IMG/VR virus record: IMGVR_UViG_3300042867_001762
Source of the DNA: an uncultured virus (IMG/VR IMGVR_UViG_3300042867_001762)
Taxonomy: Duplodnaviria; Heunggongvirae; Uroviricota; Caudoviricetes
Length of the DNA: 64,000 nt
Strand: one strand, 5' to 3'
The notes beneath the pieces are model-generated. The model worked only from the letters and a program-made list of their open reading frames with translations. It was not told where the DNA came from and ran no database searches. A program made the position numbers and the translations under genes. Below are positions 1 to 9,468 of the stretch, one piece after another (the first letter of the stretch is position 1; each line of letters begins with the position of its first letter).

Positions 1-460
1 TGAACTTCTGCTTCATCAGAGCATAATACTCTTCCGCAGAAAGACCGGCAGGGAAGTTGAAGCGCGGATCGGTATGGGAGATACAACCCTCGGGCAGATC
101 CCAGTTGCCATGCTGGGGATCTGTGATGAGCTGATTGATTGCCATGTCCTTGGCAATGTTCTCCGTCCTGCGGCGATCAGGCTCCATGGTAAGACGAGTA
201 GTGCAGTGGCTCAGTGCCACGTGCAGATACTCGTGCACGATAACGCCAATCTTTTCACGGACCGAGAATGAGTTCATCATCTTCGGGTTCATGAGCAGCG
301 TTGGCTTGCCGTGCTTGACAAAGACGCCGGCAGCAAACTTCATTTCTTCGTCTTCGATAATTGAAGACTGGTGAAAGAAGTAAGCGATGAACGGCTCTTG
401 GTCAGTCATCTCTACAATTTCGCCGGTAGAGAGTGACTTGAGATTAAGTAGCGAGGTCAT
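1..460 (-). CDS. HExxH metallopeptidase-like protein (DUF2201/VWA-associated type), runs off the window edge
   Basis: Manual translation from ATG 460: MTSLLNLKS...GVIVHEYLHVALSH...ENIAKDMAINQ; directly downstream of a MoxR-like ATPase. Confidence 0.75.
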   Translation of the reverse strand, partial: MTSLLNLKSLSTGEIVEMTDQEPFIAYFFHQSSIIEDEEMKFAAGVFVKHGKPTLLMNPKMMNSFSVREKIGVIVHEYLHVALSHCTTRLTMEPDRRRTENIAKDMAINQLITDPQHGNWDLPEGCISHTDPRFNFPAGLSAEEYYALMKQKF

Positions 461-541
461 AATCTTCCTTGGTTAAGGGTTTAGTAAATCTGAATACCGG
501 CGACCTGACCGGTATTCAGTATATGCCTGGTACCAATTAGA

Positions 542-1705
542 TCAGACGCTCTTCTTCTTGCGACCCTTCTTGGCCGCATCGCTAGCGTCAGCCGTAGTCG
601 CGTCGGCCGTAGCAGCGGTCGCATCAGCGGCAGCAGCCTCTGGCTTGGCGTAGATCTTAGCCTTCGCATCAAGCAGGGCACGGACGGCAGCCTTCAGGTC
701 GGCGCTCTTGTTGATGATATCACCGTGGCGATCATCAAGCGCCTCGAAGAAGGCCGAGAATGGCTCGTGACCCATGCGGCTGTAGAACAGGGCAGCATTG
801 ATACGCTGCTCGTCCTTGATGTCATCGCGGTTCATCACCTCCATGACATCGCGCAGAGCCTGGATAACCTGCGTCAGCTGGAAGCCCTTGGGGCTCTTCA
901 GCTTGCCGTTGAAGATATCCATGATATCCAGCGGCTTGAAGTTATCACGAACCCAGCTAGAGAACGTGTTGGCTGCAACCTCGCCGATGAATGGCGCGGA
1001 GTAAACCATCAGACGGTTATCACGACCAGCAACCTCTGGCAGCGACTCGCGGGTATCCTCGCGATTCATGAGGGTACGACCGAGGAACGTCCAGCTACGA
1101 CGGCTCGTAACAGGCTCGTTCGGCACGCCGCGCTTACCCTCTGGAATATCCAGAAGATTCTTGTGTTGCGTGATGAACTGAACAACGGCAGAGTGAACGC
1201 CGTTGGCAGGATCGCTGGCCCAGCTGACCCACTCCGAAGCGGTCGGAGTAAAGTCGACAATCGCAAAACGATTGCAGAGCGCCTGGTCAAGCGTGGCAGT
1301 CTGGTACTTCAGACCGTTACCGGCAGCGAACACGATGGTGCTGTCGGGAAGGTTGCGACCACCGGCACGACGGTCGAGAGTCAGCTGCATGGCGAGAGGC
1401 TGCATGTCCTCGCGAGCACGGTCGATCTCGTCGAGGAAGAGAACAGCGTTCTCGAGATCGTACCACCACGTCGGGGCAGCGTAGCGGGTAACAGCAGTGC
1501 CGTCCGCCAGCTTATCGACGAAAGGCATACCGACAAGATCGGCGGGCTCAAGCTCCGAGAGACGGAGGTCGACAACCCGCATGCCGCGCTTCTGAGCGAT
1601 CATTCGCACAATACTCGACTTGCCGAGACCAGCGTCGCCAGTAAGCAGGCGGGCCTGGGTGTTCGGGAGAAGTGCGTCGAAATCAACAAGCTGCGAGATA
1701 TCCAT
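542..1705 (-). CDS. MoxR-like AAA+ ATPase
   Basis: Walker A GDAGLGKS, DLRLS..EPADLVGMP, Walker B LFLDEIDRA, AGN sensor, ALCNRF arginine finger. Confidence 0.9.
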   Translation of the reverse strand: MDISQLVDFDALLPNTQARLLTGDAGLGKSSIVRMIAQKRGMRVVDLRLSELEPADLVGMPFVDKLADGTAVTRYAAPTWWYDLENAVLFLDEIDRAREDMQPLAMQLTLDRRAGGRNLPDSTIVFAAGNGLKYQTATLDQALCNRFAIVDFTPTASEWVSWASDPANGVHSAVVQFITQHKNLLDIPEGKRGVPNEPVTSRRSWTFLGRTLMNREDTRESLPEVAGRDNRLMVYSAPFIGEVAANTFSSWVRDNFKPLDIMDIFNGKLKSPKGFQLTQVIQALRDVMEVMNRDDIKDEQRINAALFYSRMGHEPFSAFFEALDDRHGDIINKSADLKAAVRALLDAKAKIYAKPEAAAADATAATADATTADASDAAKKGRKKKSV

Positions 1706-1931
1706 CTGACTATCCTTGGTTAGTGTTACTCTGCGTCATAGACGGTCGGGTTAAGAGACTTGCACTTCCGACCCGGTGCAAGCCGTAGAGGAGAACGCTG
1801 GGTACGACCCAGTATAGCAGCCTCGCTGCGTTCTCCGTGGTGGCCGCCGGTCGCCGCTCAGGATCGGCCCGGCCCGGCTTTAGGCCCGGCGCCGCCTAGC
1901 AGCTGGCCGGTGCCTGATGAATTCAGACTAT

Positions 1932-2168
1932 TCAGGCATCATTGCGACCAATGCTTGCTCGCAGCGTATCGATCTCTGCAACGAGAGGCGCGACATGATG
2001 ATCATATAGCTGCGACATATTATCCCAAATGGCACGGCGCTCAGCCGGCGACAGGGTGCCGAACTGACCTGGATCATCGGCCACTAGGCCAAAAGAATGA
2101 TCTGTGGTCATGCACATACTAAAAATGATTTCTTCCCGACTCTTCAATTGCAACCTCCCGCTGTGCAC
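1932..2168 (-). CDS. hypothetical protein
   Basis: ORF in the co-directional array; start uncertain. Confidence 0.5.
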   Translation of the reverse strand: MHSGRLQLKSREEIIFSMCMTTDHSFGLVADDPGQFGTLSPAERRAIWDNMSQLYDHHVAPLVAEIDTLRASIGRNDA

Positions 2169-2437
2169 AGCTTTTTACGCGGCACTCTGATGTACATCGA
2201 GGCGCTTCTCTCTGGGGCATGATACGCATCTTCAAGAAAACCAATGCCGCGATACCACTTGTACGACATGTTGTTCTGAAATAGTACAACATGCGGATCA
2301 TTTGCAAAAGACTCATTAACATATATGCGCGGGTCGATTTGCTCTTCTGTGCGGAAATGCCGGCACATGATGCCGTATGCGCGATGCCAGTCTTCTGCGC
2401 CGATTGCAATAATCATTTCTGCGTTAATCAGCTTCAC
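2144..2437 (-). CDS. MKL-family paralog
   Basis: MKLINAEMIIAIGAEDWHRAYGIMCRHF...YKWYRGIGF. Confidence 0.8.
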   Translation of the reverse strand: MKLINAEMIIAIGAEDWHRAYGIMCRHFRTEEQIDPRIYVNESFANDPHVVLFQNNMSYKWYRGIGFLEDAYHAPERSASMYIRVPRKKLCTAGGCN

Positions 2438-2705
2438 GCCTATATATCCTTATCGAGGGGCCCTGTACGTTTTTCTGAAAAGATATAAGTCCAAAGCCTT
2501 CGGAAGAATCCCAGTAGGCATAGGTTCCACCAATGATTATGGATATGCTCTCGTCTGGCCCTCGGGCATCATCTACGAACGGCTTCTTAATTATACCTAA
2601 GACCGCCTCCTCAGAAAGCCCAACAGCTCGGCATAACATGCGCGTCGCAGAATCCCAATTGCTCTGCCGGAAAGCCTCGCGCATCAAGTAGGATTCAAGC
2701 TTCAA
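2424..2705 (-). CDS. MKL-family paralog
   Basis: MKLESYLMREAFRQSNWDSA...YWDSSEGF. Confidence 0.8.
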   Translation of the reverse strand: MKLESYLMREAFRQSNWDSATRMLCRAVGLSEEAVLGIIKKPFVDDARGPDESISIIIGGTYAYWDSSEGFGLISFQKNVQGPSIRIYRREAD

Positions 2706-2708
2706 GCG

Positions 2709-3041
2709 CTAGCCCTCTGCCTCAGCAATTACTCGCCGAAGATAATTTATTTCTGCCTGCATGGTTTGTCGCGTGCCGGGAGAATCCACATCCAAAATGC
2801 GATCCTCTAGATCGCTCAGGGTAGACTTGCATGCTCGCAGCAGAGCAGGGGCGGCAGCAATAAGGCGAGCGTCTTCTTCCTCGCCGACATAACCGCCCCA
2901 GGCTTCACCGTCGCTACAGCCCATTGTACAGATGGTTATATGAAAACCATCGGGATGGCGCTGATAGACTTGGATATAAGGCGTGCCGTCTTCTGCCTTG
3001 TCGGTGTGCACTTGCCATGGGCCCGGAGTAAATTTTCCCAT
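2709..3041 (-). CDS. phage TPGPW...ARLIAAAP family hypothetical protein
   Basis: MGKFTPGPW...DARLIAAAPALL; GGAG RBS upstream. Confidence 0.75.
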   Translation of the reverse strand: MGKFTPGPWQVHTDKAEDGTPYIQVYQRHPDGFHITICTMGCSDGEAWGGYVGEEEDARLIAAAPALLRACKSTLSDLEDRILDVDSPGTRQTMQAEINYLRRVIAEAEG

Positions 3042-3042
3042 G

Positions 3043-3345
3043 CTACTCCTTATCAGCCGGGGCATCGAACGCAGCTAGCGCCTCTGCAAGTTCGGCATGA
3101 GCTTTGCGATGACCTTTGGCAAGCACCTTTAATCCAAGATTAGGCCAGTCGGTATCTGGCGCATCAAGGTAGCTTGGCAAGATGGCAAGCTCAGATAGAG
3201 CGCTGAGCGCGGCCTTTCGCAGCGCTCGCAGTTTGACCGCTTGCTCTTCCCAAGCCCTGCGAGAAGCGCAACCAGGACATTCGGGCGCAGCCCAATCATA
3301 GTCCTGATCGCACGCCTCGCAGAACTTCGTATCCATATATCTCAT
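3043..3345 (-). CDS. hypothetical Zn-ribbon protein
   Basis: CEAC...CPGC. Confidence 0.6.
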   Translation of the reverse strand: MRYMDTKFCEACDQDYDWAAPECPGCASRRAWEEQAVKLRALRKAALSALSELAILPSYLDAPDTDWPNLGLKVLAKGHRKAHAELAEALAAFDAPADKE

Positions 3346-3773
3346 GCAGGATCAACCTGCTGCACGGCCAGCTTGACCGTGACATGGCCACGCTCACGGA
3401 TAGGAGGAAGGCTGGCCATCATAGTGCGCAGGCTCTCCTCGCAAGTAGCAATCTCTGGAAAATTTTCCAGCAGCGTATCGCGAGCATTCTTGTCCATGGC
3501 GATTGCATCATGCATACAACTAAGCAGCACGGACGTCGCTGCCTCACGCTGGAAGCCCATACGCTGGATAAAGAGTGCCATGACCGCAAGATGAGGAAGG
3601 CGGGCGGTAGGTGCCTTCTCGGTATCTTCGCCGATCTTCACGGCACCCTGAACTCGGACAGTGAAGTCGACAACATGATTGCCTGGCGACACGGCATCCC
3701 GTGCGTCGTCAGCCTTGAGACGCGAGAGGGCAACGAGTTCAATAGGAGAAAGACCACCAATGCTCTGAACCAT
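3342..3773 (-). CDS. hypothetical protein
   Basis: First gene after the motif at 3821; GGAG RBS. Confidence 0.7.
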   Translation of the reverse strand: MVQSIGGLSPIELVALSRLKADDARDAVSPGNHVVDFTVRVQGAVKIGEDTEKAPTARLPHLAVMALFIQRMGFQREAATSVLLSCMHDAIAMDKNARDTLLENFPEIATCEESLRTMMASLPPIRERGHVTVKLAVQQVDPA

Positions 3774-3878
3774 TACTATGCTCCTGGTTAGGTATTCTGC
3801 GTGGCGGGGTCGCCGCCGTTCGGGATCGGGCGGTGCGGGGTTTAGGGCCGACGCGCCGTGTCCGCTTAGACTGATGAA

Positions 3879-4067
3879 TCACTTGCTAGGACGATTGCGC
3901 TTCTGAAGAAATTCCTCTTCCTTCTTCGTGATATAGGTATGCTTTGTTCGCATATCCAGCTCCCATGCGATCTGAAGAATTACTTCCTTCAGTCTATCCA
4001 CTTGGCTTTCCAACAGCTCAATCTTTTTATTTGCTGCTTCCAGTTGCTTGTCGGCAGTGCCTTCCAT
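3879..4067 (-). CDS. hypothetical coiled-coil protein
   Basis: ORF with GGAG RBS. Confidence 0.55.
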   Translation of the reverse strand: MEGTADKQLEAANKKIELLESQVDRLKEVILQIAWELDMRTKHTYITKKEEEFLQKRNRPSK

Positions 4068-4078
4068 TGCGTTCTCCG

Positions 4079-4342
4079 TTATTCTACTGGCTTGTAGCCA
4101 GCACCTATAATAGCTTCTTCCGCTGAGAGTCCGCCTCGGTACGAGCCCTTCAGCTCTTCCCAGCTTACAATCTCTCCAGTAGGCGTAGCAGGGAATACGT
4201 ATGTCTCTGGACCAGTGAACGGCACAACTACTGCCGATGTGATGACATAAGCGCTGCCATCAAGGGGCGGGCACAGCTCCCAAAGGATTTTTGTACCGAG
4301 TCCAGAAATATCTCGAATACGACTTGCTGTATATTTTGCCAT
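4079..4342 (-). CDS. hypothetical protein
   Basis: MAKYTASRI...ETYVFPATPTGEIVSWEEL. Confidence 0.65.
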   Translation of the reverse strand: MAKYTASRIRDISGLGTKILWELCPPLDGSAYVITSAVVVPFTGPETYVFPATPTGEIVSWEELKGSYRGGLSAEEAIIGAGYKPVE

Positions 4343-4717
4343 GCTATTTCCTTTATTCCCAGTAAGCATCACAGCTGTACTGATTATCGCCAATCTGATA
4401 GCAAACGATATGCGGTTCCCTTACACGCAGAGCATTCGCAAGGACGGGGCTAAATGCGTGCAGAAGAATGGCAAGCATTGCTGTGAGCATGGCAATCCTT
4501 TTAGTTAATAGTTGCCGTTACATTGAAGTCTGTTACTGGCGAATCATAAGCAGTGAGCGATGCCTGATCAGTGTAGAAATCAACCATAGCATCCTTGATG
4601 GCCTGTGACTCGTGCTCGTCATCTACATCAAGCTCGAAATCAATAACTAGAGTAATACTGCGCTTCATTGCGTCTCCGGGTCGGGGGTTCGGCCTTCAGG
4701 ATCGGCGGTCCCCGGCT

Positions 4718-4999
4718 TTAGGGCCGGGGCGTCTGCCTCATCTTATTATAATCAGCTAGAACGCGGCGGTATGAATCTAGGTGATCATCAATACAATTCA
4801 TTGCTACGACAAGAGGGATACTGCTATAGTCAGGCGGGTCATCCCCGTACCGCAAAATAATAGATCCACCTAGAACAGCGCCTGCGCAAAACCAGCCATC
4901 TACTTCCCTGCCTTCTGCAGTGTAATGGCCCGTGAAGCAACACCGGTCGCAGTCGTGAGAGAAGCGCGGGCGCGTCTCAGCGCTAGACATTGTCGCCAT
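4718..4999 (-). CDS. hypothetical Cys/His-rich protein
   Basis: PRFSHDCDRCCF; stop codon lies inside a motif copy. Confidence 0.6.
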   Translation of the reverse strand: MATMSSAETRPRFSHDCDRCCFTGHYTAEGREVDGWFCAGAVLGGSIILRYGDDPPDYSSIPLVVAMNCIDDHLDSYRRVLADYNKMRQTPRP

Positions 5000-5282
5000 A
5001 GCTCTCCTCTAGCCTTATATGGCCTTTGAACATGTAGGTGTATTTGGTTTCATCCCGCACAAAGCCATCATCGGCGGACCACAGCGCAAAGCCGCCTTCT
5101 AAAAAATAGATCGCCAGCACTGGCTCGCTAGGCATCATGCTTATTCCGACACCTTCCTTGCTCGAGATGACATAGCGACGCAAGTCGGCATCTATAGAGA
5201 AGTGTCGCAGGATAACGCCTGCGGCAGCGCGAATATCTCTCGCATCCAGTGCAAGTCGGATCTCGGCCTCATCTAGCTTCAT
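4983..5282 (-). CDS. MKL-family paralog
   Basis: MKLDEAEIRLALDARDIRAAAGVILRHF...WSADDGF; ATGA overlap. Confidence 0.8.
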   Translation of the reverse strand: MKLDEAEIRLALDARDIRAAAGVILRHFSIDADLRRYVISSKEGVGISMMPSEPVLAIYFLEGGFALWSADDGFVRDETKYTYMFKGHIRLEESYGDNV

Positions 5283-5566
5283 GCGTTTGTATCCCACCAC
5301 TTCTTGCCGATGCGGATTTGAAACGCAGTATAAGTCCACGCATAGCCTGTGCTAATAAAGCCGTGATCACTACTCCAGCGCACAACCCTCTGCCAATCAG
5401 ACGCGCAGACGATTGCACGATTATCATTGTCATCCCATATAATATCTGGAAATGTTTTAGTGTGAGACAAATGCTTCATGCCAGAGTACTTGAGCATCAA
5501 TCGCTTAACCGCCTCCCAGTCAGAAGCAGCAATTGCAATGCTCATTTCCGCGTGATCGAGCTTCAT
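5279..5566 (-). CDS. MKL-family paralog
   Basis: MKLDHAEMSIAIAASDWEAV...WSSDHGF. Confidence 0.8.
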   Translation of the reverse strand: MKLDHAEMSIAIAASDWEAVKRLMLKYSGMKHLSHTKTFPDIIWDDNDNRAIVCASDWQRVVRWSSDHGFISTGYAWTYTAFQIRIGKKWWDTNA

Positions 5567-5572
5567 ATATCC

Positions 5573-5788
5573 CTAGCAAATAGAAAGGCAGATTATCCAG
5601 CCGACGTTCTGCGCATACATATACTGGCCAGGCAGCAGATTGCCGGCGTCTCGCAGGAGCTGCTCGGGATCGTGCTTGCTAGCCAGCATACGAATGCAGC
5701 TGCAAAGTTCGTCAAAGGGAATTGTGCTTAGGCCTTTCTTGCCACCAGGAGATGAAATGCCAGTTATATAATATCGATATAACTTCAT
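5573..5788 (-). CDS. hypothetical protein
   Basis: MKLYRYY start, coupled to upstream gene. Confidence 0.55.
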   Translation of the reverse strand: MKLYRYYITGISSPGGKKGLSTIPFDELCSCIRMLASKHDPEQLLRDAGNLLPGQYMYAQNVGWIICLSIC

Positions 5789-5973
5789 TTGCTTCCGGAC
5801 TCAACCTGCTTGCAGCGCATATCACACAGGCACTTGCCTTGATAGTCGCTAGACAAAACGAGATAGGGAGCGCAAGCGGCAGAGCAGGCAGCTGCCTGCT
5901 GCTCATCAACGCAGCCGCTAAGCAACAACGCAGCACCTACCAGTATTCGCATAATCACTCCCACCATGCCCAA
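5785..5973 (-). CDS. small putative lipoprotein, Cys-rich
   Basis: MRILVGAALLLSGC lipobox-like; start probably the internal Met. Confidence 0.5.
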   Translation of the reverse strand: MGMVGVIMRILVGAALLLSGCVDEQQAAACSAACAPYLVLSSDYQGKCLCDMRCKQVESGSK

Positions 5974-6176
5974 TGAATGGTAATAAAATCTTCCAGAGCT
6001 TGCTCATCACTCTCATACTGAAAGCCAGGACGAGCCACCTTGGAGGCAGCCAAGGCCGCACGCTGTCGCTCAATTGCTTCTGCAACAGTTACCGTAACGG
6101 TAATGCCGCTGCCGTCTTCACCGGGCTCACAGTAGCTCAGGCGATCAGAGAGAGGTCTCATCCATCTTCCTCGCAC
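5955..6176 (-). CDS. hypothetical protein
   Basis: ...SDEQALEDFITIHWAW. Confidence 0.55.
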   Translation of the reverse strand: MRGRWMRPLSDRLSYCEPGEDGSGITVTVTVAEAIERQRAALAASKVARPGFQYESDEQALEDFITIHWAWWE

Positions 6177-6481
6177 TCTTCACAAGAGATGCCCGTAGTG
6201 TACTCGGCATCAGTCAGGCGGTTTGGCGTACCACAGCAGGTACACGGCATATTGCGCTTGGGCGCCTTCACCCGGAAGCGGGGGCGATCCTGGGGAAAGA
6301 AACCGTCGTCATCAAGCTCGAGAAAATTAACCTTGGCCAAGAAGAAGTATCCTTTGCTAGCTTTTGCGTTTACTTGTTTACGGACAGCGCCGCGATGCTG
6401 CGGGGCTCGGTCAGCAGGATCGGCGGGGGCGGGCTTTAGGGGCGGCTTCACCTGCCATAGCGGGCAGGCATCGCATTCCAT
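6158..6481 (-). CDS. hypothetical Zn-finger protein (true start probably downstream of the motif at 6415)
   Basis: PCTCCGTPNRLT...CEEC resembles 41250-41462 (PCPTCKEPNRLT...CDSC). Confidence 0.5.
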   Translation of the reverse strand: MECDACPLWQVKPPLKPAPADPADRAPQHRGAVRKQVNAKASKGYFFLAKVNFLELDDDGFFPQDRPRFRVKAPKRNMPCTCCGTPNRLTDAEYTTGISCEECEEDG

Positions 6482-6759
6482 TTCTCAATAGCAATCCGCC
6501 GGATTTCTGCGTCAGTATCCTGCGGTTCATAGTCTTCTACAGGAAACGTACCCATCCAAGTATTAACCCTGTACTTGCTGGTTACGCGTGGTCTTGGAAC
6601 GTCTCGCAGCGAAGCAGACCCGCCCCGTAGACCACACTGTGTACAGGTAATATGGAACTCTGAAAAGCCACCGGGCCCGAAGCTAAATTCATAGTCCGGC
6701 TGAACTTCAATGTATTGTACATCGCGGTTGCCACAATAATGACACGGCAAGGGCTTCAT
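6448..6759 (-). CDS. Lar-like Zn-ribbon protein
   Basis: PLPCHYCG...ITCTQCG...AIEKWN layout typical of Lar-family phage proteins. Confidence 0.5.
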   Translation of the reverse strand: MKPLPCHYCGNRDVQYIEVQPDYEFSFGPGGFSEFHITCTQCGLRGGSASLRDVPRPRVTSKYRVNTWMGTFPVEDYEPQDTDAEIRRIAIEKWNAMPARYGR

Positions 6760-6841
6760 TGCTGCCTCGGAAACAACATGGCTATAACTATCTCAATCCC
6801 AACTAGTGCAACTGCAATCCACCACATCCGCACTCCTGTTT

Positions 6842-7246
6842 TTATTTTATCTTAGGGTTTACCATTACGCAACCAATATCTACTCGCTTTATTCCGGCTG
6901 ACTCTAGCACATCAAGAAATGCAGCCGACTCTGGAATGTCACCTACATTGTAGACTGGCACAAGCCGTAGTCGAGGGATATCCTCTATGCTGCAATCATG
7001 AAAGCCATAACGGCCTTTACCATTGCGACTATCCGTAATGCAAACGCCATGATGATATATCCACTCATGCGAAAGGCTTCGCCATCCCATGAAAATAGAC
7101 GCGCCCGATTTGGATACAGATGTTCTAGGAAAGCTTTCTAGAGCCGCCATTACCCGGTCTAGATTCGGCCAGCGGTCCTCGGTATGTGAGATTGCGGCAT
7201 TTACCTTGAAGATATCTTCGCGTGCAAACCAGTCTTTAATTTTCAT
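6842..7246 (-). CDS. hypothetical protein
   Basis: MKIKDWF start, overlapped with upstream gene. Confidence 0.65.
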   Translation of the reverse strand: MKIKDWFAREDIFKVNAAISHTEDRWPNLDRVMAALESFPRTSVSKSGASIFMGWRSLSHEWIYHHGVCITDSRNGKGRYGFHDCSIEDIPRLRLVPVYNVGDIPESAAFLDVLESAGIKRVDIGCVMVNPKIK

Positions 7247-7454
7247 CTTTTATGCCGTCGGCATTCAGCCTTTCCTCTGAAAGCCAAAGAGATGAGGTAA
7301 TGAACCCGGCAGCATGGTTAACAAATCGGCGCCACTCTTCTTCTGTGAAGGTTGCGCGAAAGACCATGAGGTCCTCGTCGCATTCAGCTAGATTATCAAA
7401 GGCATCACGAAAGCGGGCAATTAAGTTGCGGCTGGAGATATTTAATGTTTTCAA
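7236..7454 (-). CDS. hypothetical protein
   Basis: ORF in coupled array. Confidence 0.5.
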   Translation of the reverse strand: MKTLNISSRNLIARFRDAFDNLAECDEDLMVFRATFTEEEWRRFVNHAAGFITSSLWLSEERLNADGIKDEN

Positions 7455-7711
7455 GCTGCATCCTTTTCGGCAACAGGCTTTGCCCAGTCATTCGCATCAT
7501 GATCCCAATGACGATGATCATAGATGCCGAAGCCAAAATAAAAGCCAAGTATCTCTAGGCGAAACTCTGGCCCAGCGTGATGTGTGCGCACAGTCCACTT
7601 CAGGCGTGCCTCAAACAGACTACTGGAAAGAGAAAAGTATGACAGCTGCAATTCAAACGACTTGTTGCGCGTCAGTTGACGATCAAAGATTACGAAATGT
7701 TTGCTCGCCAT
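7451..7711 (-). CDS. hypothetical protein
   Basis: ...HHAG...IYDHRHWD; GAGG RBS. Confidence 0.65.
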   Translation of the reverse strand: MASKHFVIFDRQLTRNKSFELQLSYFSLSSSLFEARLKWTVRTHHAGPEFRLEILGFYFGFGIYDHRHWDHDANDWAKPVAEKDAA

Positions 7712-7728
7712 TTAAATCCTCACAGAAG

Positions 7729-7806
7729 TGGTAGGCCCCCCCAGGATACTGCCTCCTGCTTAGGCGATTTATAAGATCGTTCGTGACAACTAGCCACCCG
7801 AGGCCC
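7729..7806 (-). tRNA. tRNA-Ile(TAT), atypical
   Basis: Acceptor GGGCCTC/GGGGCCT + A-CCA; anticodon arm CGAT-CTTATAA-ATCG; T-arm CAGGA-GGCAGTA-TCCTG with non-canonical loop; two surplus G in a G7 run. Confidence 0.65.
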
Positions 7807-7822
7807 ACAAATATATTATGTT

Positions 7823-8149
7823 CTATGAGAACAACTTCGAATCTTCAGGATGCAAGTAAATGGTACAGCCAGCATCTTTGCCCATGAATACAGAATGCTC
7901 GATCAGAATTGCTCCAGACACCGGAGCAAAGTCAGGCGCGCCCTCACGACCAAACGGTCCCCAGGTAGGAGGGGAGATTGTTCGACCGTCCTGCACAACA
8001 ACAAAAGTGTCTCGGCTCCCGCCATCCCAGTAAGAGGCGAGACGGCGCGGGCGATCAGAAACGACTACACGAAACTTACGCCCTTTATAGCCGGGGAAAG
8101 CACGGCGAGCGACAGCAGCAAGAGGGTGCTTGGCATCAATGCGGTCCAT
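7823..8149 (-). CDS. hypothetical protein
   Basis: AFPGYKGRKF...SYWDGGSR; first gene after the motif at 8179. Confidence 0.75.
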   Translation of the reverse strand: MDRIDAKHPLAAVARRAFPGYKGRKFRVVVSDRPRRLASYWDGGSRDTFVVVQDGRTISPPTWGPFGREGAPDFAPVSGAILIEHSVFMGKDAGCTIYLHPEDSKLFS

Positions 8150-8227
8150 GTTTTACTCCGGGGTTGCGGTTCGGGCTTCAGGATCGGGGGCACCGGGCTT
8201 TAGGCCCGGCGCGACCTGACAGAATTA

Positions 8228-8464
8228 TCAGGCCCCTGTCTTTGCAGCCTCATAAAGCGCAGTCATATCTGCAAGGATCTTTGCCTTGTTTCCCTTCAAT
8301 CCGAACTCGCGGCGGGCGATAGTGAAGCAAGAAGGAGCCTTGGCAGTGAGGCGCATGCCCACCATTTCCAGCTTCATGCCCCTGACAATCGTGGCCATGC
8401 GGAAAAGGCGAACGCCATCTTCACCAGAGAAAACGATTGCCGACTTGCTAGCTTCAACTGGCAT
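8228..8464 (-). CDS. hypothetical protein
   Basis: GMKLE..GMRLT...EFGLKG; GGAG RBS. Confidence 0.65.
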   Translation of the reverse strand: MPVEASKSAIVFSGEDGVRLFRMATIVRGMKLEMVGMRLTAKAPSCFTIARREFGLKGNKAKILADMTALYEAAKTGA

Positions 8465-8594
8465 ACTAACTCCGTGTAAAAAAGAAAGCTGCTTTTACCG
8501 GGAGCAGCGAACCCGTGTGACCGACTTGCATCCGCTATCAGGATTATGCCGGACTCTCGAGCCTGCATCCCTGTGGACCGTCCAGACGCCATCA

Positions 8595-8668
8595 TGGTTG
8601 GGGAACTAGGACTCGAACCTAGATAAACGGAATCAGAATCCGTTGTCCTGCCATTGGACGATTCCCCA
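8595..8668 (-). tRNA. tRNA-Gln(CTG)
   Basis: TGGGGAA...ACGGA-TTCTGAT-TCCGT...CTAGG-TTCGAGT-CCTAG-TTCCCCA-A-CCA. Confidence 0.95.
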
Positions 8669-8776
8669 GCAACCTCCCCATGTTGTTGCGAGGGGAGCCC
8701 GCATCTCTACTGCCTAGAGCCGCGCTGGCTTTTTTATGTAGGCGATCAATCTACATAATAGCATTCAGCCTGCTGT

Positions 8777-8862
8777 TGGTGCCCCGAGTCGGACTCGAAC
8801 CGACAAACTCTTGCGAGCGACAGATTTTAAATCTGCTGTGTAAACCATTCCACCATCAGGGC
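8777..8862 (-). tRNA. tRNA-Leu(TAA)
   Basis: GCAGA-TTTAAAA-TCTGT, long variable arm, GGTTCGAGTCC, ACCA end. Confidence 0.95.
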
Positions 8863-8932
8863 TCATCGGTTTTATGCAGGTCCGAAAACTACCGCGCCTT
8901 TTTACAGGAGGCACGCAGACTGCGCAGGATGA

Positions 8933-9451
8933 TCACTTCCCGCTCCAAAACTCATCACGTTGATAAGCATCTAAAAAATCTGTTCCAAGATCCCATTGCA
9001 TCCATTCTTGATACATTAATCTGCGAGTGGTTGCATCGTATTCGGCTACTGCGTTTCGCGGGTGCTTGACCGTTGTCTTTGTACAACGGTGCCAGCCCGG
9101 CACCAGTAGAATAAATCTACGGCTTCTAGAGCAGTGTTCATCCCCGCCGCAAACCGTCCCAATAAACGCAGCAGGATCGCTATCGTATTCTTCATATTGC
9201 AGTAGCCCTACTCCATATTGTCCAAGAGCTCTTATCTTTCCTGCGTTGCATTCTATAATCCAAAATGCTCGTGGTCGCACAGAAATATATATGCAGCCAT
9301 GCTCTTTGGAAAGTCGCTCAAACGCCACAGCATGACTGTCGCCAAGAAACAATCTGTGCGGCAATTCTACTTGTCCGTGTACTTCGCGGATCGCCGCATC
9401 CCTCTTAGCAGGCGGCATGATTGCAAGTAACATAGCTAGCAGCATATGCAT
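8933..9451 (-). CDS. hypothetical protein with hydrophobic N-terminus
   Basis: MHMLLAMLLAIM, 172 aa. Confidence 0.6.
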   Translation of the reverse strand: MHMLLAMLLAIMPPAKRDAAIREVHGQVELPHRLFLGDSHAVAFERLSKEHGCIYISVRPRAFWIIECNAGKIRALGQYGVGLLQYEEYDSDPAAFIGTVCGGDEHCSRSRRFILLVPGWHRCTKTTVKHPRNAVAEYDATTRRLMYQEWMQWDLGTDFLDAYQRDEFWSGK

Positions 9452-9468
9452 GCTGCATATTACACCTG

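Noticed and set aside
725..1723. Long plus-strand ORFs such as 725-1723, 15795-16496, 29978-30781, 49126-49842 and 61194-61916
   Set aside because: They are antisense shadows of better supported minus-strand genes and have no recognisable motifs.
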